From Trichosphaerium sp. ATCC 40318 (Eukaryota; Protista; Tubulinea), in the NCBI GenBank assembly GCA_038496445.1, contig JALMLS010000598.1:124001-188000 (forward strand): a stretch of DNA of 64,000 bases, given 5' to 3'. Shown here in pieces: positions 1-13,204 of this stretch. The translations under genes and the position numbers were made by a program. How positions within the stretch are numbered: position 1 is the first letter of the stretch; each line of letters starts with the position of its first letter. Below the pieces are notes generated by a model. The model did not search any database and had not been told where the DNA came from. It was given only the letters and a program-made list of their open reading frames with translations.

Positions 1-650
1 CCTTGACAATGCTGAGCTCTTGGTTCCTCTTTTTCTTTAGAGTGGCTCTTCGAGATAAAGATACACATCCAATCATATTAAAATGTAAGCACTGCTTACA
101 AAAACAATCCCACTTGTACATCCATCTTTTTTTTTTGTCGTAGTACCACTGGACGCCGTCATCGTACTGGTAAGGCAAGGCCACCATATCTTTCGTACTA
201 TCTATGCTATCACACAACAAATCCAATCTTCGAATAGCCTTGTCATGATGAGGCGCTTGGTTAGATTCTGCAGAGCGGAGGAGTCGAAGATGTGCGATTT
301 CTCTCTCTCGTAAATGTACAAATAACTTCTTCTTTTGTTGCCTGTACCGCCTTGCAATATATCGAAGTAGTCTATTACATCTTGCGAAGGCATTCCACGT
401 AGGTGTATCGTTTATGTGTTTGGCTAAATAGTACAAAATGTCGGGGCATAATGTGCTCATTTGGCTTTCAAGGTTTTGTTACGGTTTTTTTGTTCAACGT
501 TAGATGTGAGAAGATGTTTAGAAAATTATGCTGTTGGTTCAGAGAACGGTTTATTTTTGATTGGGTTCTCTAATCTCTGTAATAGTATATTCTTTTAGCT
601 GGCTTGCAGTTTATGCTTGGTACGCCCTGAAGCAAACTAATCACTATAAT

Positions 651-840
651 GTTGACTTTAGTACGAGGTATTTCTGACAATAATGGGCTTAGGATGGATA
701 CACAGTTTGCAACGTGTTATTTATTGCCAATCACATATTAATGTCTTTTATGCTTAATCCAGGGTGGTCACCCTTAATAGTATAAAAATAGAAATAACAC
801 TTGTGGATATAGAGTAAATCGAAAGGAGCTGTGCTTAGCA
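651..840. repeat. Dispersed non-coding repeat, copy A (copy B at ~23751-23870)
   Basis: Shares gttga..tttagtacgaggt..atttctga and aatagtataaaaatagaaataacac..gtggatatag blocks with 23751-23870; copy A has ~100 extra bases between the blocks. Confidence 0.7.
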
Positions 841-984
841 TAGTCCATTAATGGGTGATTTTCCTTAACTTTGCACCTAGGCAATGTCTATCATACTACA
901 ACACATACTAAACTGTTCTATCGTCCAAAAATCTCTGAATGAACACCACGTATTTCTACCACTTTTTGGAACCTCGTACTACAC

Positions 985-1215
985 AATAGAATCAAGACCT
1001 GTTAGCGCTCTAACACCAACATCTGTCACATAATCTCAACCAGTAATATTGATGGTATGAACGCCATTCAGCTCTTTAATGCCTTCATCAGTTCCTGATG
1101 TGTGCCAAGAGCAATGGTATGAACACCTTGTAGATATATGCTTCATCAGTAAACTGATGTATCAGATATTTCTATGGAAAAGTGTGCACCACATCTTCAT
1201 TCATTTATGAATTTT
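985..1215 (-). pseudogene. Degenerate LRR fragment of the F-box-LRR family
   Basis: Reverse strand reads YLQGVHTIAL..TDEGIKELNGVHTINI..VTDVGVRALTGLDSI with frameshifts; closely similar to 22240-22475. Confidence 0.8.
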
Positions 1216-1705
1216 ACGCACTACCATTAATCTCAATGTGATGCTGGCCCAACAGTAGGATAGTATTTGTAAGTGACATCACTGAGCGGAAAAGCCAGTC
1301 GTCCTTAAGTTCATGCTAAGCGAACGGTTTTAATTTTAACTTACCTTTCCAACATTTTGTCAGTAGTCCTGAAAGTATTTGAACTCCATCCATATGCTTC
1401 ACATACCAACAGATCTACCAGAGTACGTATTTTGGAGTTGAGCTGAAATATTGTTAATTTAACGTTAAACCTACTTTTTTCAACGCTACTCTCCATTAGT
1501 AGCAAGTCACGTGACTTTTTGCTTTCCCTTTCATAAAAGTGTTACATATGCGCTTCAACCCACCTGAAAAATTACATGTTCTTTATTGTAAGCGTTGGGT
1601 TTGGCTACATCGCGAACTTAGGCAAAATGGTCTATTTCTTCGAAATCCGTTCTTTTGGAGCCCAACATTTTAGCAGAAAACGTATTTTTAGTCGATCGTG
1701 GCTCT

Positions 1706-3117
1706 ATGCAATTTTCTCTAAAGTAGTGCAAACTCAACACTTACAATAATAACATTTTCAGCCCTAACCTTTTTCAAAATTAGCACGTGTTATTTTAATA
1801 TTTTTGACTAACTAGTATTGACACAGGTCGTTTGAATTGCTTAGGCTACCAATAGAAATTATATTTTGTATCCTGGCATTATTGGGTAAGAAATGCCGTA
1901 TATCTGCAACGTTTGTTTGTAAACTCTTTTCTACAATCATTTTGGAGCATTTGGGGTATTGTATGGTGAATGTCAATTCAAGAGAAGCTCTACTAACGCT
2001 ACATGGAAGTCCTCTTTTAAAAAATACAAAAGTAGTTATTGATGATATTTCTATGACTGATGATGACTTTAAGAATATCTCTGGCGTCCATCACCTTGAG
2101 TTAAAGGGTACAATATCATTAACAAATGCTATGTTGGAACATATTTCAGGTGTACATAATCTGGAACTTCACATACATGAAGTTAAACACAAGGCGACAA
2201 GTCTTGGATTTAAATCACTCCAAGGTATTCATACACTAAATTCACAAAGATATTTTAATGATAAATGGCTTCAAGAACTTGCTGGTATTCATACAATTAA
2301 TATTTCAGGGACAGATATAACAGATAAAGGACTTGCAGCACTCTCTGGAGTTCATACTATTTACTTAGCTTGTTGTTTCAAAATCAGTGATAAAGGTGTT
2401 ATTGCCATTTCAGGTAATGTACACAAGATACAGCTTGCTCATTGCAATATTACGGATGAAAGTGTAATATCACTAACCAATGCAAGTGAAATATCTATTG
2501 TTAGGTGTAACTTTTCAGATGAGGGACTAAAGTATCTATTAACACAAAATATTAACATTAAACAAATTAGGATGAGTAGATGCATTCAAATATCAAACGC
2601 CGTGTTACAACTTTTGGCTGGTGTACCTGTTATAGATGTTGGCCACTGTACACAACTAAGAGATGATACTCTATCATGTTTAGCAGGAGTACGTAATATT
2701 AACTTGAGTGGTTGTACATCTGTAACCAATGATGGGATAAAACAATTGGCAGGTGTAAAAGTCATTGATCTTTCAGGTCTTGATTGTGTTGATGACACTA
2801 CTTTAAAGGCACTTGCTGGAGTACACACAATTATACTTGAAGGTACACGGGTGACAGACAAGGGTTTAAGATATTTAGTTGGTGCTAAAGTCATAAACAT
2901 TAGTGATTGTCTCCACATAACAGACAAAGGAGTGAACAGTCTTGTTCACGTTAAGAAAATTAATCTAGCATACTGCACCCAAATCACAGATGATGGTATT
3001 GCTAATTTAACAAGCCTTGAGTACATTTGGACTTATGGTACTAGAATAACAAAGAAGATGATTGATTATCTAGGATGCATATGCAAAGAAGATGTGTGTG
3101 AATGGCCTGATTTTTAA
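1706..3117 (+). CDS. F-box-like + leucine-rich repeat (AMN1/FBXL-type) protein
   Basis: ORF 1837-3117 has LLRLPIEIIFCIL (F-box-like) then ~21-25 aa repeats (GVHTIxLxxTxITDxGLxxL). Acceptor gactaac..acag at 1826; tentative micro-exon 1 ATG at 1706 gives MQFSLKSFELLRLP in frame. Confidence 0.85.
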
Positions 3118-4248
3118 CTAAATACCTAATAAAGTAACTAAAATAGATCTTTCTAAAACATGTGTTGTAGCAATTTGGTATATAAGAATAATTTTCTTGT
3201 ACAGTTGCTTGTCTTATTACACGTGTAGCACATATCAGTCTACAGCGTTAATATCATTACACGTTTATTTAGATAACAACAATAATTGGTTCAGAACCAA
3301 AGCAGCAAAATAAAACCATACATAGTGTCGCCCAGATATCTTATAACTCAAAGTGTGATGTCTATAGCTATGATTCCGCTTTTCATACTCAATACACGTG
3401 ATCAAACACTTTTGAAACAAACTAAATCTTACATAGAAGAAACTCTTGACCAACGGCTTTCTGCTCACGGTAAATAAAAAAGTTATTTCTTACGTATTTA
3501 ATTCACCAAGATCTATTTATTGTATGACATACTTTTTTTCATTGGATACTCCATAACTAGTACATTAATTTACCATTAACTGAATTATACTGAAGATTTA
3601 CTGTATTTTTACAGCTGGTGGTGATGTTAGTACCATTAGAACGCTATAATGGCTGTACACGTGTTTTACTCCGTTACATACGTTTGGGTAAAGTTCGGTT
3701 GACTTTGTATAAATCAACAACAACCTACAAGCTTATGAACAACATGGCGAGCCTTTCCATTTCAATTTGTTTCAAAAGCTGCAAAACTTTCTTTTCTCTT
3801 GTATAATATATAACAAACGCTTGGCGCTGCGCTAGAGCCACAAGATGTTTTGTCTTCCTCCCAATATCGTCTTTTGTTAGTGTTCCTTGGTTAGTTGATA
3901 GAAGAAAGTAAACTGAGAGTGTTAGAACTTTAACGTTTTTTCCGTTCTAGAACCGTTTTGTGACAACAGGCTTTGGAATAAAGCGATGTGTTGAGTTACC
4001 AAGATGACTTCTAATAGATACACATAGCGAGGTTGGAGATGTAGATTCTTTACACATTGCAGAGAATTAACCAAAATTAAGTAGAGCAAAACGTGCACAA
4101 CCAAACAACGTTTATGTTTATTCTTTAGTTAAACACTCAACTATGAGAACATCCTTGCATTGAACAAGGTGAACATGTTGATGTTGTTTGAGCTAGATCC
4201 ATTTGACCAATATTCTGTATTTTAAGTAAGTAGTAGAACATAATTAAA

Positions 4249-5796
4249 CTATTCACATGCCTTTGGATAGGAGGTAGTGTCAGAGAGGTACTTCAACGCG
4301 CTGCAATCTCCTTGTAGTATACCTTGACCAAATGCATTTACTATACCAGCTACAAAAGTTCTATAAGCAGTATAATCTGGGTGAGGCTCTGGATTTGTTC
4401 CACACACTTTTTCTAATATAGAATCAGTCAAAAAAACTATCAGCCACAGAATAGCGAGATTTTTATAGAATGCTCTTATTGTTCTTGTCAAACTCTAAAA
4501 CGTACCAACAGCAATGAGAAAAATATCATTCAAAAAATCAGCATGGCCCCTATGACAATTAGTGAGTGGTTCAGTTCATTGTGTAACATGCAAATCAAAA
4601 AACCAGCTTTGAAAAAAAAAATACGTTTTACTGTACGAACCATTCAGTGGCATTGAAAGACCATACAGGACAATTTGCTGCGTTATAGAATCTAGGGAAA
4701 TTTCTTCCAGCAGGTGCACATGCAGGGAATAATTTTCCGTGCTCTGGTCCATAAGCTAGTATGTTTTAAATCACATGATATTCGTTTTTGTTGGCTTTTA
4801 ATTAAGTACCTGTTCCGAGTACTAGCATTGGTATGGTAAAGTTAACTTTGTTTGGTGGATGGATCACATAGTAAGGTAATATACCCCAAGGGTCATCGCC
4901 ATCAACTGGATTCAATAAAATAGCAGCAAAGGCGTCATCGCACTTATCTTCTAAAAGACGAACAACCTGTTGGACATCACGTGAGAATCAAGAATCAAAG
5001 AAACCTCTTCACATAAAAACGTACCATCTTTGCTCCTGCAGAGTGTCCGGTGATTGCGATACGTGAAAAGTCAGCTTTTACACCAAACTGTATTTTATCA
5101 ATGAGTTGCTGGTTTAAGTTGTCTTTTGTCCATGAAACTACTTTTTCTGTGTTGAAAGCAACCTCATCAAAAGGAAGCGCTGGAAATGTCCATATACCAA
5201 CCTTGAAAACAAAAAGAGTAAGAAGACTGAAGGCACGACACAGATAAAAAAGGTAAAAAAAACCAATATAACGGAGAAATAGTTTTACTTTTTGTTAAAT
5301 TCTCCATGAAATACAAGTCCTAGTGTACGTACCAGTATAAAACCGTGAGATACAACTTGGTTGATGAACTGAGTGTAAAAATCTGATGGAATATCGCCAG
5401 CCTTGAGGTACAAACGTGAATACCAACAAAAACAATTTGAATTCATAAAAAACTAGACTGACGTACAAGGCCTGGAATGAAGTACATTATGGCGTACTCG
5501 CCTGGTTCTGAAGGAGACCATACCCCAAGATTGTAAGGAAGACCCTAAGAATCACCTTGTATAAGTACTGACGTTTGAAAAAAGTCACGTGAGCGAACAG
5601 GCATTTATCTTTTTTCGGACTTACGTTTTTGTTCGAATCAATGGAAAATGTTGTTGTGCTTAAAGTGCCGGGCTGGAAAGGGTCTCCTGTGTACATATAG
5701 GTAGCCGATACTAATAAAACGCTCAGTACTTCTTTTTTGACGATTACTAGGCGTACCTATCGCTAATAAAGCGAGAAAAAGGAGTACTCTGTTCAT
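4249..5796 (-). CDS. Secreted chlorophyllase-family alpha/beta hydrolase (multi-exon)
   Basis: Signal peptide MNRVLLFLALLA; spliced motifs VWSPSEPGEYAIMYFIPG, FYTQFINQVVSHG, IAITGHSAG (nucleophile), LLNPVDG, GHADFL match the chlorophyllase motif order. Confidence 0.8.
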
Positions 5797-5968
5797 TCTC
5801 GATGTCTAGACAATAACACAACAGAATATTGTTGACCGACACTGATTTTGAAATACATGTGCTTTCGGCCTTTGAGGTACGTATTGGTGTTAGTTAAGAT
5901 ACTTGGGTAACTACAGTTCAGTTTGTGAACGATGGGTTTCAATACTGTAGATTGCTTTTTTTGTTTAT

Positions 5969-8024
5969 TTATTTTTTGGAAATCGAAACAGTTATGATTG
6001 TGTCTGGTTGTATACTCGCTATAGGCTGAACAAGGACTTTTGTTCCATGTTGCTTCCATGTAGCAGCTCCTTGAGGTGTCATAATAACAGTGAAACCGTT
6101 GGGGTAGTGGTACTCTAATACAAAACAAAATAAGAACTAGCAAGTAACAAAACAGTTTCGAGACAACTTGCCTGTGTTGACATAAATCTCTGTAGGTTCC
6201 TTGATTGTAATATCGACAGTGTATGTAAGCTTGAAATCGGCAGTTTCGGGATCAAAACTCATTGATTGAATACGTCCAGCAGTCGCTACAATGTGAAGAA
6301 AATTTAAAAAAAGCCAGAATAAACTTTTGGAAAGGGTGCTGCTACCTTGCGCGTATGTTCTACTAAGAGCCTTGACTTTATCAACCAATAGAGTTCCGGC
6401 ATCATTATAAACACCGAAGTTGTATCCAGTAATCCGAATAAATGCTTTATACTCCCTTTTTTGATATAAGAAAACTGCTTACTTAAAAGCTGTGTGCTTA
6501 CCACGCAATCCAGCTCTGTAAGTATTGATCTGCTAATTTAGATACGTTATGAATATCTTCATTAGTATCAAGACCATACTCAGTGAGCATGCCTCCACAC
6601 TGGAGCTTCTTAATGTCAGCCATACGTGCACTGAAGCCGCCTGTAAAACGAATCAGGGTTGTAATATTTATGAACTTATACAAGAAGTTAACGTACTGGC
6701 GTAGTCTAACTGTGGTGGTAAATACAAATGATAACTTAATACACTTCTATTTTTATAAACGTCTCCACCAGGAACATTTTCGAATCCAACGCCAAAGTCA
6801 TCCCATGTTACTGACTCAAAGAAAATTGAATGCTAAGTATTGTTACCAACTTCAAAAAGATGAATGAGCTCCTTTGTTTGGTACCCACGTACATCTTCAT
6901 CAACAGATCGAATTGCTCTCTGAAGATTCTCATACATAGGTGCAAGGTTCTTAGAATCAGCAATAGTGGGCACCATCAATGTTGGATCCAAGTAAATATC
7001 GCCAGCCCAAGGCTAATTTATTTTAGCGACGGGAAAAAAACAAGAAATTCTTGGGATTTTTCGTTTTACCTCGTTCATCAATTCGTATCCTACGACATAC
7101 TTTGAAGATTTGTATAGTTTCGCTAATGTCATCCAGTATGCTGCGAAAGCATCTTGTATACCGTCAACGTTTGAATAAAGAGACTGGTAAGCTGAACTCT
7201 GCTCTTCAGCAACTTGATAAGTCGCCCACTGGTATTTATCACAATCTTTCTTGAATGGATGTCCAGTGGCGTTGTTGATAGGATAAGCGACATCAACTGG
7301 TTCTGGGAACTTGAAAGCACCTGGTCTTGAAACAGCAGCCCAATCTAAAGTAACATGAGATACACTAACCGTATGGATGAGGTAGTAACTTACCAGGAAC
7401 GCCTTCTCCACAATACTTCTGAGATAACCTAAGTAGCGTAAGTTTGTTCTTACAGTATGTGTTTGCCGTACAGATCTTGGTGAAAGTCCACAAGTGTGTA
7501 GATACCATGTGATGCCATATCATCAACCAGTTTCTTCATTACCTCTAAGAGAGTTGAGAATTTTTTAACGAAAAAACAAAAAACATGAACAAACTTTTTA
7601 TTCTTGTGACGTACGCAAATACGTTTGATTGTACTGACCACGTGTTGGTTCAACGCCAGGCCACATCTAAAACATAATTTTAGCCATAATTAAGCAAAAG
7701 AAAGATTTTTTGATGCGTACTACTCCTAGTCTGACTATATTAAGACCCCAACTCTCTAGTTGTTCTAAATCTTTCTCTGCGAACGATGTGTATGCGTTGA
7801 ACCTAAACAGTGCGTTTAACCGACTGTTAAAAGTAGAACAGATGAAGAGGAGAAATAACGCACTCGTTGACATCTGGGTGCCATGGGAAGCCTTTGTAGA
7901 CTACATTTACTCCATGAAATATACGCTCACGTCCAAATTCATCAACAAGCTTTTGTGTTTCGGGAATGACTGAAATAAACGCGTACGAAGAACAAACAAA
8001 AAAGATAAGCGCAAGAACTTTCAT
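5969..8024 (-). CDS. Endoglycoceramidase (GH5 with C-terminal beta domain), secreted, multi-exon
   Basis: Signal peptide MKVLALIFFVCSSYA; VDEFGRERIFHGVNVVYKGFPW, GIYTLVDFHQDL, VGYELMNE(P) acid/base, MLTEYG nucleophile, LSRTYAQ..AGRIQSMSFD..EPTEIYV. Confidence 0.92.
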
Positions 8025-8239
8025 TCTTCTTTTATTTTTGCATTGAACTTTAATCACGTGACTGTTTTTGACTTTGATCACAACACGTGACCGAACACCA
8101 TTTACTAGTGTTGTGATTCAAAATCCCTGGCAGGGTATTGTAAGCGACAACTCAAGCGAGATTCTTACTTTATTATGATTATTATAATTTAGTTGGACTT
8201 GGATGGTATTACTGAAAGGAACATACAGACGCGTTTTTA

Positions 8240-8296
8240 AACATTGCATGAATACCTGTAAGAGCTGTGATTCCATTGTCTGTAACTGTAGTATGG
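8240..8296 (-). pseudogene. Short LRR fragment
   Basis: Nearly matches 11724-11775 (TTVTDxGIxALTGxHxI unit). Confidence 0.6.
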
Positions 8297-8364
8297 CTAT
8301 TAGATAGTATGGAGCTTATTTTCATAAATTTCAACGTGATGCGGTATCTTTGGCTGTGTATAAG

Positions 8365-8520
8365 CTCCATGGCAACAAAAAACACAATTTTCCAGTTTTA
8401 ACAAATGTTGCACGTGCTTTCTAGTGCAACTGAACGCTTACTAGTTTTACATGGATGTCCTCTGGCCAAAAATTACTAGGACTTGCTCAGCGGATAAAGT
8501 AGATATTCGTCGTTTCATTT
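8365..8520 (+). mobile_element. Remnant of hAT transposase C-terminal dimerisation domain
   Basis: Broken frames read NKKHNFPVLTNVARAF, SATERL and RTCSADKVDIRRFI, the order of the hAT FPxLxxxAR..SxxxERxFS..RxxLxxxxV motif. Confidence 0.6.
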
Positions 8521-9231
8521 GTACATGTTTTATTGGCATATGGATTTGTTTTGTTCTGTCCCTTTCTTCACACCTTTTTGTCATTTGCGTGGTTGCCGCA
8601 ACATAAGAGGATTGCAATTTGGAGCAACTCTAGACTGTTTATGTACTAATCTATCCTACCAAGAATGTAGAGCGGTAGTCATCTTGGAGCAAACATCTAG
8701 TTGCTTGGAGTATTGACTTTGGCGTTACCAGAGGTGAGCTTCTGCTGTCGTTCTAAACAGATGCCTTATCGGTTCAACCAGCAATCCTTTAGTGTCGAAG
8801 TGTTCATTACAGAATAGACAAGTTTTTTGTAGACATGAACGAACATATCATTCGAAAAAAGAAACATTCATTGACGAATTGTGTGGTTTTTTTTTCCATT
8901 TTTAGCAATGTAGTTTTATTTCAGTATTAAGTAAAATACGCTCTACGGTTGTTGTTTGATTTGTGAGTTTTCTTTTTAGGAGGAAACTTGGTAGAAAACC
9001 AAGAATGCAAGTTGCATTGCCGACTTTTTGGCCGCAATTTTTTACCCTTCGTTCTCCATGTTTCGCCAAAGTATCTCCTTGTAAGTAACGTATTTTAGTG
9101 CACTGTGGACAATTTTCGTAAACAATGCGGCACGAGTTTTTTTTTTTTGTTAATCGGCCGAAAACAGCGGGTTGAGATATTTATTTTTATCAATTTTAGT
9201 TTTATACAAAAAAATCAAATCTAAACCAAAG

Positions 9232-9506
9232 ATGAAGCTCTTGCTCATATTACTTTCGTGCTTTATAGGTAAGCTAGTATGATGATACAACTGTCGTACT
9301 TTTTGTGGTTATGCTCAGAAAGAACCTTTCTTGTTCACACAGTACCTATCGGATTTGAATCTAACTTTTCAACTATAGTACTCTCTTCAGCAGTTGAAGA
9401 AGACGAGTTTGATTGCTCTAAAGTGGACTTTAGCGCCATTCTACGTAAATGCCAACCAGTCTTGGATAAAATAAATAATGAGAATACCCAATCATGCTTT
9501 TTTTGA
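9232..9506 (+). pseudogene. Truncated secreted-protein gene (signal-peptide exon plus one exon)
   Basis: MKLLLILLSCFI with GTAAG donor, acceptor cacag, exon 2 stops exactly where an LRR remnant begins. Confidence 0.35.
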
Positions 9507-9675
9507 CCTTCATCAGTAGCATATTTGCAGTAACGAAGCCAAATGCGTGAACACCTGCAAGCGATTTGATACCTTACGTCAAGCCAAGAGTATATTATGT
9601 CTCTAGGATATGTTGTACGCTGTTTAGTCACGCTGGTGGCGGTATCAGTGTTATCAAAGAGATGTTGATCAAGGT
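9503..9675 (-). pseudogene. Collapsed third copy of the F-box-LRR gene
   Basis: 9590-9675 matches exon 1 of the LRR genes (12870-12950, 16595-16665) and is fused directly to a GIKSLAGVH LRR unit. Confidence 0.8.
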
Positions 9676-9921
9676 TGACCTGTGATTGAAAGTGATTAAC
9701 ATTACACGCACTACATGTAAACAGTCAATAGTATACTGTCTTGGACAACTAATCAACCTATCACTCAATTTTTTCTCTGCACCACATTGCCACAACACAG
9801 AAGCAACTTGACTGTGTTTTATGGCAGGTTCAAAGAATCATTAAGTAATCAATCTGATTGAAAGTGGACATAAAAATTAGAATTCTACACAGTTCAAAGC
9901 ACGTCTTCACACAAACACTCA

Positions 9922-11458
9922 ATGCAACCTCAAAAACCCCGCAAATCCAATCCAATGAAAGGCCCACAGCCTAAAAAGGTACCAACTCACTTCAAAAGAG
10001 TAGACACTCGGTTGGATCTAACTCATCACTCAGGTAAACCGAGAAGATAATACTCCTGTTCGCTTGATAGATTTGCCGCTGGAACTGCACGATATGATCA
10101 TAAAAAAAGACTCAACTGGTCAAATCAATCAGATATGGCCGGTGTTAAATAAGGGTATGGCGTGGTCAACACGTTATACTCATGCACTAGAGCGGGATGG
10201 GGCGTTTCAAACATTCCACAGAGACGGAAAGGTAAAAACGAAGCAAATTTTTTCCGGTGGGGTTTTGCATGGCGAGAGCAAGTCATGGTTCGAAAATGGA
10301 CGACTCCAGTCACATACCACATGGAATCTTGGCAAAAAACATGGTGAGAGCAAACAGTGGTTTGAAAACGGCCAACTCTTTGAGCAATGTAACTACACAT
10401 ACGGCCTTTTAACAGGAGCACACAATACATGGTATGAAAACGGACAGCGAAACAGCACCTGCACATATACCAACGGAATGTTAAATGGAATATACCACCA
10501 ACAATATGAAGAGTCAGGAACATCGCAGCTTTTGTGCAGCTATGTCAATGGCAAAAAAGATGGTGAGTGTAGTGAATGGCATGAAAATATGCAACTAAAG
10601 GAACAGTGTGAGTGGTTAGATGGTGTACAGCACGGTGAACATAATGAATGGTATGATGATGGGAAAATAAAGTCGCAATCCAAATATGAGAATGGTAAAG
10701 AATATGGAGAGAGAAAACAGTGGCATAGCAATGGAAATCTGGAGCTTCATTTTAATTTTCAGGATAAAAGTGTGTCAATGTGGGAGTACAGCGGACAATT
10801 ATGGATGAAACAAACTAAAGGCAGAAGAGTATTTTACCACTCGAATGGAAACATGCAGAAACTAGACAAAGCAAACGAGCACAGTGAGTGGTATGAGAAT
10901 GGAAATTTGCGTCAGACAAATACGAAGAAGAATGGTAAAAATGAAGGGGATTACAAGAAGTTTTTTGAGAATGGTAAAGTGTCTATGCACTGTAATTATG
11001 CGGATGACAAACTCGAAGGGGAATACAGAAAGTGGCATGACAATGAATCGTTGGCTTTTCACTGCTTTTATAAGAATGGTAAAATCGAAGGGGAGTACAA
11101 GAAGTGGCATTCAAATGGTTCGATAGTTCTTCACTGCTTTTACAAGAAAGGTAAAATCGAAGGACAGTACAAGGAGTTTTATGAGAATGGTAAAGTGTCT
11201 ATGCACTGTAATTATGTGGATGACAAACTCGAAGGGGAATATAGAGAGTGGCATGACAATGGAGTGTTACGGATGCAGGCTAATTACAAAGACAGTAAAC
11301 TTGAAGGAGTTGTCACAAAGTGGCGTGCTACTGGTGTTGTTTCCATGTGTAGTAGATATGTTAACAACCTCAAGGAAGGGCTATACAAAAATGTACCATC
11401 AACGGCTAAAAAGATTGAACAAACCGTTTATCAAAATGATAAGCCAGTAAATCAGTAG
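9922..11458 (+). CDS. F-box-like + MORN (MORN_2-type) repeat protein, copy 1; exons 9922-9978, 10034-11458
   Basis: Exon 1 MQPQKPRKSNPMKGPQPKK, 55-nt GT-AG intron with CTAAC, in frame with LIDLPLELHDMI (F-box-like); 24-aa repeats GxxxxWyENGqlxxxxxYxNGK. Confidence 0.88.
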
Positions 11459-11532
11459 CCGAAAACTGTTATCAGCTCCTATTAACAAATCGTAGAATAA
11501 TCCAATAAATCCTTTTTTTTTTGAGTGTAGTT

Positions 11533-13108
11533 TTATTCGACATACATGTTTTCCTCTGTCAATAAACTGTGTAAAAATTCCCCAAAGTAATCAACAACAC
11601 GAGCATCAAAACGGCAAAATCGATTTAGTTTTGTTGAAGAAGGAAAAGCTATTTCTATTGCATGAAGACCTTTAACTGCATTAATACCGCTGTATGTCAA
11701 ATGTTTACAATTACTAACGCCGATTGTATGAACACCTGTAAGAGCTTTGATTCCTTTGTCTGTAACTGTAGTACCATCAAGGTTAATGGCATAAACTCCT
11801 TTGAGTGCTTTGATACCTTCATCTGTCACTGCAGTGCGAGTAAGATCGATGGCGTGTACACCTTCGAGCGCTTTGATACCCTCATTAGTCACTGGTGTGT
11901 CTTTAAGGTCAATGATATGGACACCTGCAAGTAGTTTGATACCCTCATCTGTCACTGTTGTACCATCAAGGTAGATTGTATGAACACCTGCAAGTGTTTT
12001 GACACTTTCGTCTGTCACTGTAGTATGAGAGAGGTGGACGGTGTGAACTCCTTGAAGCAACTTGATACTGTTATCTGTTACTGAAGTGTAAGAAAGGTCA
12101 ATGGTATGAACACCTACTAACGCTTTGATGCTTTCATCTGTCACATTACATTCATAAACACAAATTGTATGAACACCTCCAAGTGTTTTGATACTTTCGT
12201 CTGTCACTTTGTCACAACATGCAAGGTTTATGTTATGTACACCCTTTAGTGCTTTGATTCCATCATCTGATACTGCTGTCATAGAGAGGTCAATCGTGTG
12301 TACGCCACTCAATGCCATGATACCTTCATCTGTTATGTGTTTGCAACGGTGAAGACAAATAGAGTGAACTCCAGCAAGCGCTTTTAGATCATTATCATTG
12401 ATAGCACTAGTTATGTCAAAATCTGCCATTCTACGTCTAACAAAGTTTGTATCAATGTTACGACACCCAGATAACAATGAAAATAAAGTATTATTTTCTA
12501 CGTTCATGACAACAAGAGTGTTGTTCATGACACCTTTGTATTGTCGTATCTGTATGATATCTGGAATGTCATAAATGTAAATCTTTTTGTATCCAACAAC
12601 TTGATGGATGATGTCAGCCATCAAATGACACGATTGAGCAACACTGAACCTTGATTGTGCATCTGTATGATTTAGAATAGTTGCAATAACCTCTGGAGGA
12701 AAATCAATAATGTCAAGCACTTTGTTTGTCAAATGTTGTCTTCTATTTAGAACATTAGACAAACAAACTAAGATTAAGGGTGTGTAGCACGTACTCCTTC
12801 GTTTGCTTGGATTTTGGTAACTGTGCGTCCTCTGGCTCAAACTGTGCAACAGTTTCGGCATATTTTGGTACATTTATGTCTCTAGAATGTTCTGTACGCT
12901 GTTTAGTTACGCTGGTGGCAGTATCCGTGTTTCCAAAGAGATGTTGATCAAGCTCTTGTAAGAAGCGCTTGTTTGCAGCATTTACAATGTTTTCAAGTTG
13001 TTTTATGAACGTTTCATGCTGTTTTGCAGTAATTTTACTGAATTCGTCAGCATGCCTTTTGTGGTAGTATTTTATCGCTTGTTCAAGTGATACAACACAG
13101 AAATCCAT
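11533..13108 (-). CDS. N-terminal helical extension + F-box + LRR protein, copy 1; exons 13108-12795, 12742-11533
   Basis: ORF 12755-13204 splices (GTACGT..CTAAT..AG, 52 nt) in frame into IIDFPPEVIATIL (F-box) and 21-22 aa repeats VTDEGIKALxGVHxIxLxxT. Confidence 0.9.
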
Positions 13109-13204
13109 GATTTGGTGATGTTTGTAAGTGGCTAGAAACAAGTACAAGTTAAGTTTGATGTTAAGTACACATGTGCCATAGAAGAAACTTTTAATCGGAC
13201 CCAT

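Noticed and set aside
1-400. Gene or retroelement fragment at the window start
   Set aside because: Short broken frames with no motif I can support
2586-2927. Antisense or alternate-frame ORFs over repeat genes (also 10125-11450, 11662-11934, 59046-59990)
   Set aside because: Shadows of repetitive coding sequence with no independent protein features
12755-13204. Stand-alone small ORFs (also 16494-16874)
   Set aside because: They splice in frame as exon 1 of the F-box-LRR genes
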